From an uncultured bacterium (GTDB lineage Bacteria > Actinomycetota > Acidimicrobiia > Acidimicrobiales > VFJN01), in contig CAVWNW010000012.1 in NCBI GenBank assembly GCA_963756425.1, forward strand, positions 160,783 to 224,782: a stretch of DNA of 64,000 bases, in the 5' to 3' direction. Positions 19,716 to 29,459 of the stretch are shown piece by piece (the first letter of the stretch is position 1; every line of letters starts with the position of its first letter). The notes below the pieces were generated by a model. The model did no database searches. It was not told where the DNA came from and worked only from the letters and a program-made list of their open reading frames with translations. A program made the translations under genes and the position numbers.

Positions 19716-20093
19716 TCAGGGCGCCGCCCTCCATGGCGCCCGCCACTCGGGCGCGTCGAACCGTTCGCCGACGTAGATGGTTTCGCGGGTGATCTTGCCG
19801 TCCCTGATCTCGAGGATGTCGACTCCGTAGTGCGGTTCGCCGCCGTCATAGCTGACGTTGATCTCCACCACCCAGATGTCGCCTGCGCCTCTGACGCGGC
19901 GGATGTCATAGGCCACCGATCCCGGATAGCGGCTGCGCCACTCGCGGATGTTCGCAACGCCCTCGAATCGCTCCCCCGACTGCGGGAACTCGAGCACCGC
20001 ATCGTCGTCGTACATGTCGTGCGAGCCGACGGGATCCACCCCTTCCCGCCCGAGGTTCCGCAACAACATCGCCCTGACCGTTTCCGGATCCAT
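19716..20093 (-). CDS. SnoaL/NTF2-like fold protein
   Basis: 125 aa. ..DMYDDDAVLEFPQSGERFEGVANIREW...DIWVVEINVSYDGGEPHYGVDILEIRDGKITRETIY is the typical SnoaL_2 pattern. Confidence 0.6.
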   Translation of the reverse strand: MDPETVRAMLLRNLGREGVDPVGSHDMYDDDAVLEFPQSGERFEGVANIREWRSRYPGSVAYDIRRVRGAGDIWVVEINVSYDGGEPHYGVDILEIRDGKITRETIYVGERFDAPEWRAPWRAAP

Positions 20094-20188
20094 ACCCGGG
20101 CAGGTTGTCCCGGGCGCCGCCGGTCTCGCCACCCCCGCCGATGTTGTCGTCAAGCGCAGCCAACGGCACGCCCCGACGCTGTCCACGC

Positions 20189-21613
20189 CTAGTGCGCGGT
20201 GGCTGCGGCGGCCGGCAGCCGCCGCGGTAGGCGACGGGCGGCGAACACGCCGCCGGCGGCAACCCCCAGCGTGACGATGAACGCGATAGTCAGCGAGCTG
20301 GACGTATCCCAGCCCCGGCCGTCACCCAGCGCCACGAACACACCGCCCAGGCCGGTGCCGAGCGAGACGCCCAGCACGTCGGTGAGCTGCAGAGAGGCGC
20401 TCGCGCTCCCCTCCTGGCCCGGCGCAGCGGTGCCGAGCACCGTCACCGAGATCGGCGCGTAGGCCAACCCCATGCCCAGGCCCGCCACCGCCCAGGCGGC
20501 GATGGCGACGGCGACCGGCACCGACGGGTTGAGCGCCACCAGCAGGCCCGCGATCCCGACACCGAGGAGCGCGAAGCCCCGCCGCACCAGCCACGCCGGG
20601 CCCCGCTCGCCCACCAGGCGCTGCTGGACCCAGGCGCCGGTCGTCCAGGCCAGGGTTGCGCCGGTGAGGACCAGGCCGGCCACCCACGTGGGCTGGTCGC
20701 GGGCATCGGTCATGGCCAGCGAGACGTAGGCGTCGGTGCCGAAGAACGCGAACGTGAGGATGCCGCGCACACCGACGGCCGCCGGCATCCCGCGGCGCAG
20801 CGCCACCGTCCCGGTCGGCACGAGCCGCACGAACGCCCACGCCGCCGGGAGCGCGCCGAGAACCACCAGTGCGACCGTTGGGCCGATCTGGTGGGCGCTG
20901 AGCCCGGCCAGGACCAGGGCGACCCCCGCAACCAGCACGACCGCGTCGCGCCGGCGATCGCGGCCCGTGCCCTCCGCGGGCGTCCCATTGGCCGGCGGCC
21001 GCGGCGACAGCGCCGGCAGCGTCATGGCGGCCGCCACCGCCACCAGCGGCAGGAGCGCCAGGAACACGACGCGCCACGACGACCAGCGCTCGACCGCGCT
21101 GGCCGCCGCCGGCCCGATCAGGCCCGGGATCACCCAGGCCGACGAGAACACGGCGAACACCCGGGGGCGGAGCTCGGGCGGGTACCCACGGCCGACGCTG
21201 GCGTACGCGACCGCCGGGATCACACCGGCACCGACACCCTGGGCGATCCGGCCAGCCACCAGCATCGGCATCGACTGAGCCGAGCCTCCGATCACCAGCC
21301 CGATCGAGAACAGGACCAGACCGGCCAGGAACGGCTCGCGGGTGCCCCGGCGGTCGGCCGCCTCGCCGGCCAGGACGATGCCGAGGAGGTTGCCGAGGAA
21401 GAAGCCGGAGAAGACCCAGCCGTACAGCCCGAGCCCGCCGAGGTCGTCGGACACCACCGGCATGATCGTGGCAATCGCCAGCGCCTCGAACGCCACGAGC
21501 GTGATCGTGAGAACCAGGCCCGTGGTCAGCCGTCGCCTGGCCGGCGCCCAGACCCCGTCGGGGGCCGTCGCCGACGTGGCGGCGGTGGCGGGGCGGGCTG
21601 TCATCGAGGACAT
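20189..21613 (-). CDS. MFS transporter (14-TM, DHA2-like)
   Basis: 474 aa and highly hydrophobic. It has an MFS motif-A-like GEAADRRGTREPF. Confidence 0.85.
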   Translation of the reverse strand: MSSMTARPATAATSATAPDGVWAPARRRLTTGLVLTITLVAFEALAIATIMPVVSDDLGGLGLYGWVFSGFFLGNLLGIVLAGEAADRRGTREPFLAGLVLFSIGLVIGGSAQSMPMLVAGRIAQGVGAGVIPAVAYASVGRGYPPELRPRVFAVFSSAWVIPGLIGPAAASAVERWSSWRVVFLALLPLVAVAAAMTLPALSPRPPANGTPAEGTGRDRRRDAVVLVAGVALVLAGLSAHQIGPTVALVVLGALPAAWAFVRLVPTGTVALRRGMPAAVGVRGILTFAFFGTDAYVSLAMTDARDQPTWVAGLVLTGATLAWTTGAWVQQRLVGERGPAWLVRRGFALLGVGIAGLLVALNPSVPVAVAIAAWAVAGLGMGLAYAPISVTVLGTAAPGQEGSASASLQLTDVLGVSLGTGLGGVFVALGDGRGWDTSSSLTIAFIVTLGVAAGGVFAARRLPRRLPAAAATAH

Positions 21614-21744
21614 GCTCCCGCGGCAACCTGCCGGATCCCCACGGGATTCCTCGCGACACCGCCGGACCGACCGTCGGCGTGTGGAAATCCGTCCCCGGAC
21701 CTAGTGCCAAGGACCGGGGCGACGAGATTTGGCGAGTGCGACCC

Positions 21745-21838
21745 GAGGCATTGGGTTCCGCCGTGGTGAGGCGGAGGTCATCGGTTCCGCAAGCGGAACC
21801 CATGACCTCGGCCGGCCGGGTGCGGAACCCATAACCTC
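21745..21838. repeat. Nested-palindrome element, copy A (four GCGGAACCnATGACCTC-type units, arranged rev-rev-fwd-fwd)
   Basis: The four units are GAGGCATTGGGTTCCGCC (21745-21762), GAGGTCATCGGTTCCGC (21774-21790), GCGGAACCCATGACCTC (21793-21809) and GCGGAACCCATAACCTC (21822-21838). The inner pair is complementary at 16 of 17 positions with a 2-nt loop. Confidence 0.85.
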
Positions 21839-21963
21839 ATGTGCGCCGCCGTGCTCGGCGTCCGTTCGCATGCGCAACTACCGTGCGCGTTGATGGCAGC
21901 CCGCACGGCGACGTGGCGTGACGCGCTCGGCAACGATCGGCTGCTGGTGAGCGGGTTCGGCAA

Positions 21964-23406
21964 GTGGGGGGCGGGATCTACGACGTCACGGCGACCACGC
22001 CCGAGGCGTTCGACGACCTCGCCACCGCGGGCATCACGGTCGGCGGGGGTCGGCTGTGGCGGGTCCTCCGGGCCCCCGGCGAGCAAACCAGTACCTGCGA
22101 GCTCCTGTCATACGACGCCCGGGGCCTGCGCAGCTACCGGCGTCTCGATGTCATCCGCGACCCCCACGACGTGTGCTGGCACCAGGGCGCCGTCCACGTC
22201 AGCTCGAGCTGGGACGACACCGTGTGGCGCGTCACCGGCGGGGCCGTCGAGCCGCTGTGGCGGGCGCGGGCCGACGACACCGTGCCCGACGCCTGGCACG
22301 TCAACTCGCTGCTGGTCGTGGACGGGGCCCTGCACGTCTGCGCCTTCGGGAGGTTCGAGCGCCACAAGGCGTGGAAGGTCGCCCCGCGCAAGGACGTCGG
22401 GTTCGTCCTCGACCTGCGCACGGGCCGAGACGTCGTCACCGGGCTGACCCATCCCCATGCCCCCCGGCGGCGCGGCGATCGCTGGTACGTGTGCGAGTCG
22501 ACGCCGGGCCGGCTCACGGAGCTCGATGCCGCCGGGCGGGTGTCACGGCAGCTGCCACTCCGCCGGTTCACGCGAGGCCTGGCGTTGCTCGGCGACTGGG
22601 CGCTGGTGGGCGGCAACGCCCACCGCGATCACGACAACGACCGAGCCGAGGTACTGGTGGTCGATCTCGACTCGTTCGAGGTCGTCGAGCGGATCACCCT
22701 TCCCTGCCTCGAGATCTACGACATCCTGCCCACCCCGGGGTCCCTGGCCCGGGGCGTGGCGCAAGGGTTCGGGGCGAACGCCGCGCGCACCGTCGAGCAG
22801 TACCGATCGGCGCACCGGCCGTCCGTGCGCCGGCCGGCGCCGCCCGAGGCGGTCGTGCGCCTGGTGCCGTCCCGAGTCGCGAGCTCGGTGGCGGCGTTGG
22901 GCCGTCCGCTCGAGGCCGGCGATGCGCGCCGCTGCGGAGTGCAGGGAACGCTTCCGCCCGAGATGGTGGCGGGCACGACCCGCACCGTCCCGCTCCGGGT
23001 CGTCAACCGCTCGTCGCGGCCCATCGCATCCCTGCTCCCGCGTCCGGTCAAGGTGGCGGCCCGATGGTTTCGCCTGACCGACGGCCAGCGGGGCGAGCCG
23101 CTCGCCAACCCCCGCATCCCCCTCCCCCGGGTGGTGCCGGCCGCCGGCACCACGACGGTGGACGTGCCGCTGGAGGTCCCGCGCGACCCCGGGCTCTACG
23201 AGGTATGGGTGGCGCTCCACCAGCCGCGGCTGGGGTGGTTCGGCGCCCGGGTGCAGGCCGAGGTGACGGTGATCGCGCCTGCCGACGGCTCAGGCCTGCT
23301 CGGGGCGGAGGGTGGGGAACAGGACGACGTCGCGGATCGAGTGGCTGTCGGTGAGGAGCATGACGAGCCGATCCATGCCGATGCCGAGGCCCCCGGTCGG
23401 CGGTAG
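21964..23406 (+). CDS. DUF4915/TIGR03032-like protein with an extra C-terminal domain
   Basis: [29 protein letters not shown]...[17 protein letters not shown] matches my recollection of the TIGR03032 pattern. Residues ~265-440 form an additional beta-rich region. The last 117 nt overlap the lysS 3' end on the opposite strand. Confidence 0.55.
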   Translation: MGGGIYDVTATTPEAFDDLATAGITVGGGRLWRVLRAPGEQTSTCELLSYDARGLRSYRRLDVIRDPHDVCWHQGAVHVSSSWDDTVWRVTGGAVEPLWRARADDTVPDAWHVNSLLVVDGALHVCAFGRFERHKAWKVAPRKDVGFVLDLRTGRDVVTGLTHPHAPRRRGDRWYVCESTPGRLTELDAAGRVSRQLPLRRFTRGLALLGDWALVGGNAHRDHDNDRAEVLVVDLDSFEVVERITLPCLEIYDILPTPGSLARGVAQGFGANAARTVEQYRSAHRPSVRRPAPPEAVVRLVPSRVASSVAALGRPLEAGDARRCGVQGTLPPEMVAGTTRTVPLRVVNRSSRPIASLLPRPVKVAARWFRLTDGQRGEPLANPRIPLPRVVPAAGTTTVDVPLEVPRDPGLYEVWVALHQPRLGWFGARVQAEVTVIAPADGSGLLGAEGGEQDDVADRVAVGEEHDEPIHADAEAPGRR

Positions 23407-24717
23407 CCCGTACTCGAGCGCCCTCAGGTAGTCCTCGTCGACGGCCATGGCCTCGTCGTCGCCGCCGGCGCGGGCGCGGGCCTGGTCCTCGAACCGACGC
23501 CGCTGCTCGTCGGGGTCGACCAGCTCCGTGAACGCGTTGCCGAGCTCGCGCCCGGCCACGATCGGCTCGAACCGCTCGACCACCCCGGGCAGCTCGCGGT
23601 GGTCGCGCGCGAGCGGCGAGACCTCCTTGGGATAGTCGAGCACGAAAACCGGTCCCCACAGCGCGGCCTCGGTGGTCTTCTCGTAGATCTCCAGCACCAG
23701 CTTCCCGGGGCCCCACGACGCGTCCACGTCGATGCCGTGGTCGGTGGCGATCCGGCGCAGCTCGTCGACGGGCATCCGCACGTCGAGTCGCACCCCGGCG
23801 TGCTGCTCGACCAGGTCGGTCAGCGACTCTCGGGCCCACGGCGGGGTGAGGTCGACCTCCCGGCCGCCGTACGTGATCACCGTCGAGCCCGTCACCTGTC
23901 GCGCCAGGTGGGCGACCAGCTCCTCGGTGAGCTCCATGATGTCGCCGTAGTCGGCGTACGCCTGGTACAGCTCGAGCATCGTGAACTCGGGGTTGTGGCG
24001 GGGGGACAACCCCTCGTTGCGGAACACGCGCCCGAGCTCGAACACGCGCTCGAACCCGCCTACGACCAGCCGCTTGAGGTACAGCTCCGGAGCCACCCGC
24101 AGGTAGAGGTCCAGGTCCAGCGCGTTGTGGTGGGTGATGAACGGTCGTGCCAACGCCCCGCCGGGGATGGGATGCAGCAACGGGGTCTCGACCTCGACGA
24201 AGCCACGGCCCTCGAGGAAGCGGCGCGTCTCGGACATGATGCGGCTGCGGGTCTGGAACACCCGCCTGCTGTCTTCGTTGGCCCACAGGTCCGCATAGCG
24301 CTGCCGGTAGCGGAGATCGGTATCGGTGATGCCCTTCCACTTGTCGCCGAACCCGCGGCGGGCCTCGGCCAGGAGCTGCCAGCGATCCACGGACACCGAC
24401 AACTCACCCCGGCGTGACCGGATCACCTCACCTGTGGCGACGATCCAATCCCCGAGGTTGCGCGCGGTGAACTCCTTGTAGTCGTCGGTCTCCTGGGCGG
24501 TGGCCATCAGCTGGATCGAGCCACTGGAGTCGCGGAGGGTGGCGAACGTCCGCCCGCCCATGTCGCGCAGCAGCATCACCCGGCCCGCCACGGTGGCGTT
24601 GGAGCCGCTGTTGGCGCCGTCGGCGAGCTCGGCGTGGGCGGCCTGCAGATCCGCGGCCCGGTCCGTCACCTCGACCCGGTACGGGGGGCGGAAATCCGGC
24701 GGCCTGTGCTCTGTCAC
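23290..24717 (-). CDS. lysS: Lysine--tRNA ligase (class II)
   Basis: [10 protein letters not shown]...[21 protein letters not shown]...[35 protein letters not shown]...[14 protein letters not shown]. The GTG start overlaps the coaX stop (GTGA). Confidence 0.95.
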   Translation of the reverse strand: MTEHRPPDFRPPYRVEVTDRAADLQAAHAELADGANSGSNATVAGRVMLLRDMGGRTFATLRDSSGSIQLMATAQETDDYKEFTARNLGDWIVATGEVIRSRRGELSVSVDRWQLLAEARRGFGDKWKGITDTDLRYRQRYADLWANEDSRRVFQTRSRIMSETRRFLEGRGFVEVETPLLHPIPGGALARPFITHHNALDLDLYLRVAPELYLKRLVVGGFERVFELGRVFRNEGLSPRHNPEFTMLELYQAYADYGDIMELTEELVAHLARQVTGSTVITYGGREVDLTPPWARESLTDLVEQHAGVRLDVRMPVDELRRIATDHGIDVDASWGPGKLVLEIYEKTTEAALWGPVFVLDYPKEVSPLARDHRELPGVVERFEPIVAGRELGNAFTELVDPDEQRRRFEDQARARAGGDDEAMAVDEDYLRALEYGLPPTGGLGIGMDRLVMLLTDSHSIRDVVLFPTLRPEQA

Positions 24718-25523
24718 TGGTTCTTCTCGTAGATGAGCCTCAGGCCGTGCAGGGTCAGCCAGGGCTCGTGGTGGGTGATCGTGCTGGACAGCGGCGTGAT
24801 CAAGCCTGACAGACCGCCCGTGGACACGACCTCGGCTTTCTGGTTCAGCTCGTCCTGGATGCGAGCGACCATGCTGTCCACGAGGCCCGTGTAGCCGTAG
24901 ATCACCCCCGACTGCATCGACTCCACCGTGGACCGGCCGATCACATGGCGGGGCTCGACCAGCTCCACACGACGCAGCGCGGCCGCCCGGGCGAAGAGCG
25001 CGTCGAGGCTGATGTCGATGCCGGGGAAGATGGCGCCGCCCAGGTACTCCCCCTGGCCCGAGATGGCCTCGAACGTGGTGGCGGTGCCGAAGTCCACCAC
25101 CACCACCGGCCCGCCGAAGAGGTCGAAGGCGGCGACGGCGTCTGCGATGCGGTCTGCGCCCACCTCCTTGGGATTGTCGTAGAGGATGGGCAGCCCGGTG
25201 CGGATGCCCGGCTCCACGATCACGGCTGACTGCCCGAAGTAGCGCTCGCTCATCCGACGCAACGCCCCGGTCACCCGGGGGACCGACGAGCACACGCAGA
25301 CGCCGGCGATGTCGTCATCGAACGAGAAGCCGTGGAAGCCCAGGAACTCCTGGACGACCAGCGCATGCTCGTCGGCCGTGCGCTCGGCGTTGGTGGCGAC
25401 GCGCCAGTGGTCGAGCAGGTGGGTGTCCGCCAGCATGCGACCGACGTTGTGCTCGTCGTCGGGCTCGAGGTCGTAGAGCCCGATGACCGTCTGCGTGTTG
25501 CCGACGTCGATGACCAGGAGCAT
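24714..25523 (-). CDS. coaX: Type III pantothenate kinase
   Basis: [17 protein letters not shown]...[12 protein letters not shown]...GGAIFPGI. Confidence 0.9.
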   Translation of the reverse strand: MLLVIDVGNTQTVIGLYDLEPDDEHNVGRMLADTHLLDHWRVATNAERTADEHALVVQEFLGFHGFSFDDDIAGVCVCSSVPRVTGALRRMSERYFGQSAVIVEPGIRTGLPILYDNPKEVGADRIADAVAAFDLFGGPVVVVDFGTATTFEAISGQGEYLGGAIFPGIDISLDALFARAAALRRVELVEPRHVIGRSTVESMQSGVIYGYTGLVDSMVARIQDELNQKAEVVSTGGLSGLITPLSSTITHHEPWLTLHGLRLIYEKNQ

Positions 25524-25595
25524 CACGGCCTCGGAGGCTAGTGGGGCCACCCCACTACGCCGGGGCGCCGAAGAGCTACGAACCCCCAGGCCCGT

Positions 25596-26486
25596 CTATG
25601 CGATCACGTCGAGGCCGATGTCGAGGACGGGCGCCGAGTGGGTGAGCGCGCCGATCGAGGCCAGGTCGGCGCCCGTCGTGGCGTAGGCGCCGATGCTGTC
25701 CAGGTCGAGGCGGCCCGATACCTCGAGCAGGGGCCGGTCCGGGTGCCGCTCGCGGACCTCGTTCACGACGGCCCGAACCTCGTCGGGTGACATGTTGTCG
25801 AGGAGCAGGGCGTCGGCTCCGGCCGCCACGGCCTCACGTACCTGATCCAGGTCCCCGCACTCGACGTGAACCGTGCGGCCGGGCCAGCGCTGCCGCGCCC
25901 GGGCGACGGCGGCGCTGATGCCGAACAGCTCGAGGTGGTTGTCCTTGAGCAGCACCCAGTCCGAAAGGTTGCCGCGGTGGTTGGCTCCCCCGCCGGCCCG
26001 CACGGCCGCCTTCTCCAGCGTCCGCAGGCCGGGAGTGGTCTTCCGGGTGTCCCATATCCGCAGGGTCCCGCCCGCCGCCGTAACGGCGTCGACGAACCGG
26101 GCCGTGAGCGTGGCGACGCCCGACAGCCGGCCGAGGAAATTGAGGGCGGTGCGCTCGGCGGTGAGGATCGGGGCCAACCGCCCCGTCACCCGGCCGAACT
26201 CCTTGCCGGCGTCGAGGTGATCGCCGTCGTCGGCATCCCAACGCAACTCGAGCGTGGGGTCGATCTGGTGCATGGCCTCCTCGGCGCACAGCCGCCCGGC
26301 GAGGACCCCATGGGCGCGGGGCACGAACGACGCAGTCGCCTCCAGCTCCGGCGGCAACAACGCCGACGTCAGGTCGCCGATCGGCGTGAGATCCTCGGCC
26401 AGGGCACGGGCGACCGCCTCGCGCACCGCGGGGAGGGGGGGATCGGCGTCGTGCACCGCGGCGAGTTTCGCAGGTTTTTCATCCAC
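25596..26486 (-). CDS. nadC: Nicotinate-nucleotide diphosphorylase (carboxylating)
   Basis: ALAEDLTPIGDLTS...ERTALNFLGRLSGVAT...IWDTRKTTPGLRTLEKAAVRAGGGANHR...LLLDNM. The start is uncertain (GTG 26486 or ATG 26552). Confidence 0.9.
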   Translation of the reverse strand: MDEKPAKLAAVHDADPPLPAVREAVARALAEDLTPIGDLTSALLPPELEATASFVPRAHGVLAGRLCAEEAMHQIDPTLELRWDADDGDHLDAGKEFGRVTGRLAPILTAERTALNFLGRLSGVATLTARFVDAVTAAGGTLRIWDTRKTTPGLRTLEKAAVRAGGGANHRGNLSDWVLLKDNHLELFGISAAVARARQRWPGRTVHVECGDLDQVREAVAAGADALLLDNMSPDEVRAVVNEVRERHPDRPLLEVSGRLDLDSIGAYATTGADLASIGALTHSAPVLDIGLDVIA

Positions 26487-26550
26487 CCGGGGGGCCGGCT
26501 CCGAACACCCCGACGAAAGGCTGGACTTTGCCCCGTACGAGGTGTTGCCC

Positions 26551-28542
26551 ATGTTGCTCCGCGCACCGAACGCGCCCGCCGGCGCCCCCGCGTCGGCGCT
26601 GATGCCGTGGTGGCACCGCGCGCGCCGGTGGGTCGGGGAGCACCACGCGAGCCTGTGGGTCGTCGGCGCCATCGGGGTCCTGGGCGTCGCCGTGCACAGC
26701 GTCAACCTGGGCACCGCCCCTGCCCCCGCCAGCGGCGAGGGCGCGCTGGTAGCCGCCGGCTGGTCGATCGTCCACCTCGGCTCCGCCGGCGACGCCACGT
26801 TCTCCTCGGCCGGGCCATCGCTCGCACCGATCCACCTCGGCGGCTGGATCTGGACCACGGGCGCGCTGGGACGGGCATCGAGCGCCATCGCCGCGGGCCG
26901 GGAGGCGATGCTCGTCGCTCACATCATCGGCATCCCCCTCGTGTGGGTCCTGGCCCGGCGCTCGGGGCTGGCCCGCTGGGCGGCCGGCGGCGCCGCCCTG
27001 GTCTTTGCCGTGTCGCCACTGGCGATCGCGCTCTACCGACCGGTGAGCGGCGCCGGGTTGGCGGTGCCATGGATGCTGGCGGCCCTGGCGCTCGCCAGCG
27101 CTCGACGACCCCGGGCGTGGACGGGCGTAGCCGCCGGCCTCTGCCTGGCGGTGGCGGTGCTGACCGAGCCCGCCGTGGTCGTGGTGGCACCGGCGGTCGG
27201 CTGGCTGCTGTGGCGGTCCTCCCCGAGCACCCGTCGCCGGCGCCGCCGCCTCCTCGCCGGCGCGATCGCGTTCGGCGTCGGCTGGCTGGCCGTGACCGCC
27301 CTGATGACATCTGGGTCACCCGATCCCGTGGCGTCGCTCGGGCTACTCGACCGGATTCGTTTGGCCGCCGGCGGTGCGTCCTCGGCCATGGAGACCGTTG
27401 CCGACGGCTTCGACGGTCGATCCGTGGCGAGTCTCATCGGGCTCGACCGCATCGGCGCAGGCGCCTGCCTGATCGCGGCGACGGTGGTGCCGCCGGTGGT
27501 GCCACGCTTTCGGCCGATCGGCTGCGCGTTCTGGGCGCTTGCCGCCTTGGTCCTGGTCTCGGGAGAACCGTCATGGACCATCGTCTTGCCGATGATGCCG
27601 CTGGGTGCCGTGCTGCTGGCCGCCGGGGCACAGCTCGTGTGGGTCTGGCACCTCGAATCCCGCATGGAGCCGCGGCGGGATGCACACGCGTCGACGGCCG
27701 TGAGCCGGCTTGATTCCGCCGTGCCCCTCGTGCTCGCAGCCGCGGCCGTGGCGCTGGTGTTGGCGGTCCCCGACTGGATCTCGACCCACCGAGACGTCGC
27801 AGCGGCCGATGCCGCAGCGCCGTTGGCGTCCGCCTGCGTCTGGGTGGTGGACAACCTCAACGAGGGTGACCGCGTCATCGTCGACGACGCCATCTGGGTC
27901 GACCTGGTCGAGAACGGACTCGCACCACAGGTGCTCGCCGGATACGGAGCAGTCGGCGCCGGCCCCGACTGGCGCTCGTACCGCTACATCGTCTCCACGC
28001 CGGCGCTGCGTGAATCCGGTGGCGCGCCCGAGGTCGCCAAGGCCGTCGACAGTTCCCGCGAGATCGCCAGCGTCGGCGAGGGCGACGAGCGCGTCGAGGT
28101 GCGGCGCATCGTCGCCACCACCGCCGAGGCCCCGGCCGCCCAAGAGGCGACCAGGAACGAAGCCCGGGCCATCGCCGGGCAGGCGCTGGCTGCGAATCCG
28201 GGCATCGAGGCGCCGCCCGCCGCCATCTCGCAGTTGCGCGCCGGCGAGGTGGACGAGCGGCTGACGACGGTGCTCGCCACCCTCGCGGGCGCCCACCGCC
28301 TCGAGATCGGCGCATTCGTCGCCATGCCCGGCGAGGACGTGGCGGGCGCCGCCTTGCGCACCGTCGAGCTCGCTTCCATCGACGGTCGGCCCATCGCCGC
28401 CGGCGACCCCGCCGTGGTCGAGGCCGTGGCGTTCCTCGGCAACCAGCTCCCAGAGTTCCGGCCGCACCAGGTCAGCCTGGTCGGTCGCAGCAGCGGCGAA
28501 CCACGCCTGCGCATCACGTTCCCCATAGGACAGGAGGACTGA
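26551..28542 (+). CDS. Polytopic membrane protein resembling GT-C (family 39/PMT_2-like) glycosyltransferases, with a ~260-aa extracytoplasmic C-terminal domain
   Basis: About 10 predicted TM segments. The first loop, SGEGALVAAGWSIVHLG, resembles the actinobacterial 'DEGTYVAQAWA' loop of GT-C enzymes, but Gly replaces the first Asp. The gene is followed at a 2-nt distance by the DUF4397 gene. Confidence 0.45.
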   Translation: MLLRAPNAPAGAPASALMPWWHRARRWVGEHHASLWVVGAIGVLGVAVHSVNLGTAPAPASGEGALVAAGWSIVHLGSAGDATFSSAGPSLAPIHLGGWIWTTGALGRASSAIAAGREAMLVAHIIGIPLVWVLARRSGLARWAAGGAALVFAVSPLAIALYRPVSGAGLAVPWMLAALALASARRPRAWTGVAAGLCLAVAVLTEPAVVVVAPAVGWLLWRSSPSTRRRRRRLLAGAIAFGVGWLAVTALMTSGSPDPVASLGLLDRIRLAAGGASSAMETVADGFDGRSVASLIGLDRIGAGACLIAATVVPPVVPRFRPIGCAFWALAALVLVSGEPSWTIVLPMMPLGAVLLAAGAQLVWVWHLESRMEPRRDAHASTAVSRLDSAVPLVLAAAAVALVLAVPDWISTHRDVAAADAAAPLASACVWVVDNLNEGDRVIVDDAIWVDLVENGLAPQVLAGYGAVGAGPDWRSYRYIVSTPALRESGGAPEVAKAVDSSREIASVGEGDERVEVRRIVATTAEAPAAQEATRNEARAIAGQALAANPGIEAPPAAISQLRAGEVDERLTTVLATLAGAHRLEIGAFVAMPGEDVAGAALRTVELASIDGRPIAAGDPAVVEAVAFLGNQLPEFRPHQVSLVGRSSGEPRLRITFPIGQED

Positions 28543-28544
28543 CA

Positions 28545-29459
28545 ATGATCGACGTTCGTTCGAACCGGGTGGGTCATCGGTCGAGACGACTGACGGTATT
28601 GGTCGCGGCCATCGCCAGCGTGGCGGGCGCGCTGGCGGTGGCCGGCCAACCCGCCAGCGCCGGCACCGCCACCGACGTCCAGCTGCGTGTCGCACACTTC
28701 TCCCCCGACACGCCGCCGATGGACGTCTACGCCACCGGCTTCGACGGCAAGGAGCAGCTCGTGCTCCCCAAGCTGGGATACGGCCAGGTGTCGGAGTACC
28801 TGCCGCTCAACGCGGGCCTGTACGCGTTCTCGATGCGGCCCGCAGGGTCGCCGGCCACCGACGAGGCGGTGCTGCGGGTCTCGGCCGACCTGGCCGCCAA
28901 GACGTCGTACACGTTCGCCGCCTTCGGCCGCCAGGCGGAGCTGAACACCGATCTGCTGACCGACGACCTCGCGGCGCCGCCGCCCGGCCAGGGTCGGGTG
29001 CGCCTGATCCAGGCCGCGATCGACGCGGGTGCGGTCGACGTCAGCACCGCGGGCGGCCCGCTGCTGGCCCAGGACGCCGACCTGGGAAGCGTCAGCAACT
29101 ACGTGGCCGTGCCAGCCGGCGCCTGGGAAGTCACGGCCGACAGTGAATCGGCGGATCCGGTCGTCGAGAACCTCACCGTCGAGCCCGGCGCCGTGAGCTC
29201 CCTGGTGGTGCTCGACGGCAACGGCACCGGCAACCTCCAGATCATGAGCGTCAACGACGCCGCCAGCGCCACCGCGGGCGCCGGCGTCGCTCCGGCGGGG
29301 GGCGTCGACACCGGTGGCGGCGGGCTGGCCGGCGGCATCGCGCGGTCGGCCGACTCCGCGGGCACCGCGGGCGCGCTGGTGGCCACCGCGGCGGGGCTGC
29401 TGGCGGTGCTGCTCGCCGTCGGGACGACGCGCCTGCTGAGGAGAAGACGGGCAGCGTGA
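28545..29459 (+). CDS. Secreted DUF4397-type surface protein with a C-terminal membrane anchor / sorting-signal-like tail
   Basis: A signal peptide is followed by LRVAHFSPDTPPMDVY...YTFAAFG...VRLIQAAIDAGAVDV, the DUF4397 repeat pattern. The C-terminus is GGVDTGGGGLAGG...ALVATAAGLLAVLLAVGTTRLLRRRRAA. A GGAGGA SD lies 6 nt before the ATG. Confidence 0.7.
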   Translation: MIDVRSNRVGHRSRRLTVLVAAIASVAGALAVAGQPASAGTATDVQLRVAHFSPDTPPMDVYATGFDGKEQLVLPKLGYGQVSEYLPLNAGLYAFSMRPAGSPATDEAVLRVSADLAAKTSYTFAAFGRQAELNTDLLTDDLAAPPPGQGRVRLIQAAIDAGAVDVSTAGGPLLAQDADLGSVSNYVAVPAGAWEVTADSESADPVVENLTVEPGAVSSLVVLDGNGTGNLQIMSVNDAASATAGAGVAPAGGVDTGGGGLAGGIARSADSAGTAGALVATAAGLLAVLLAVGTTRLLRRRRAA

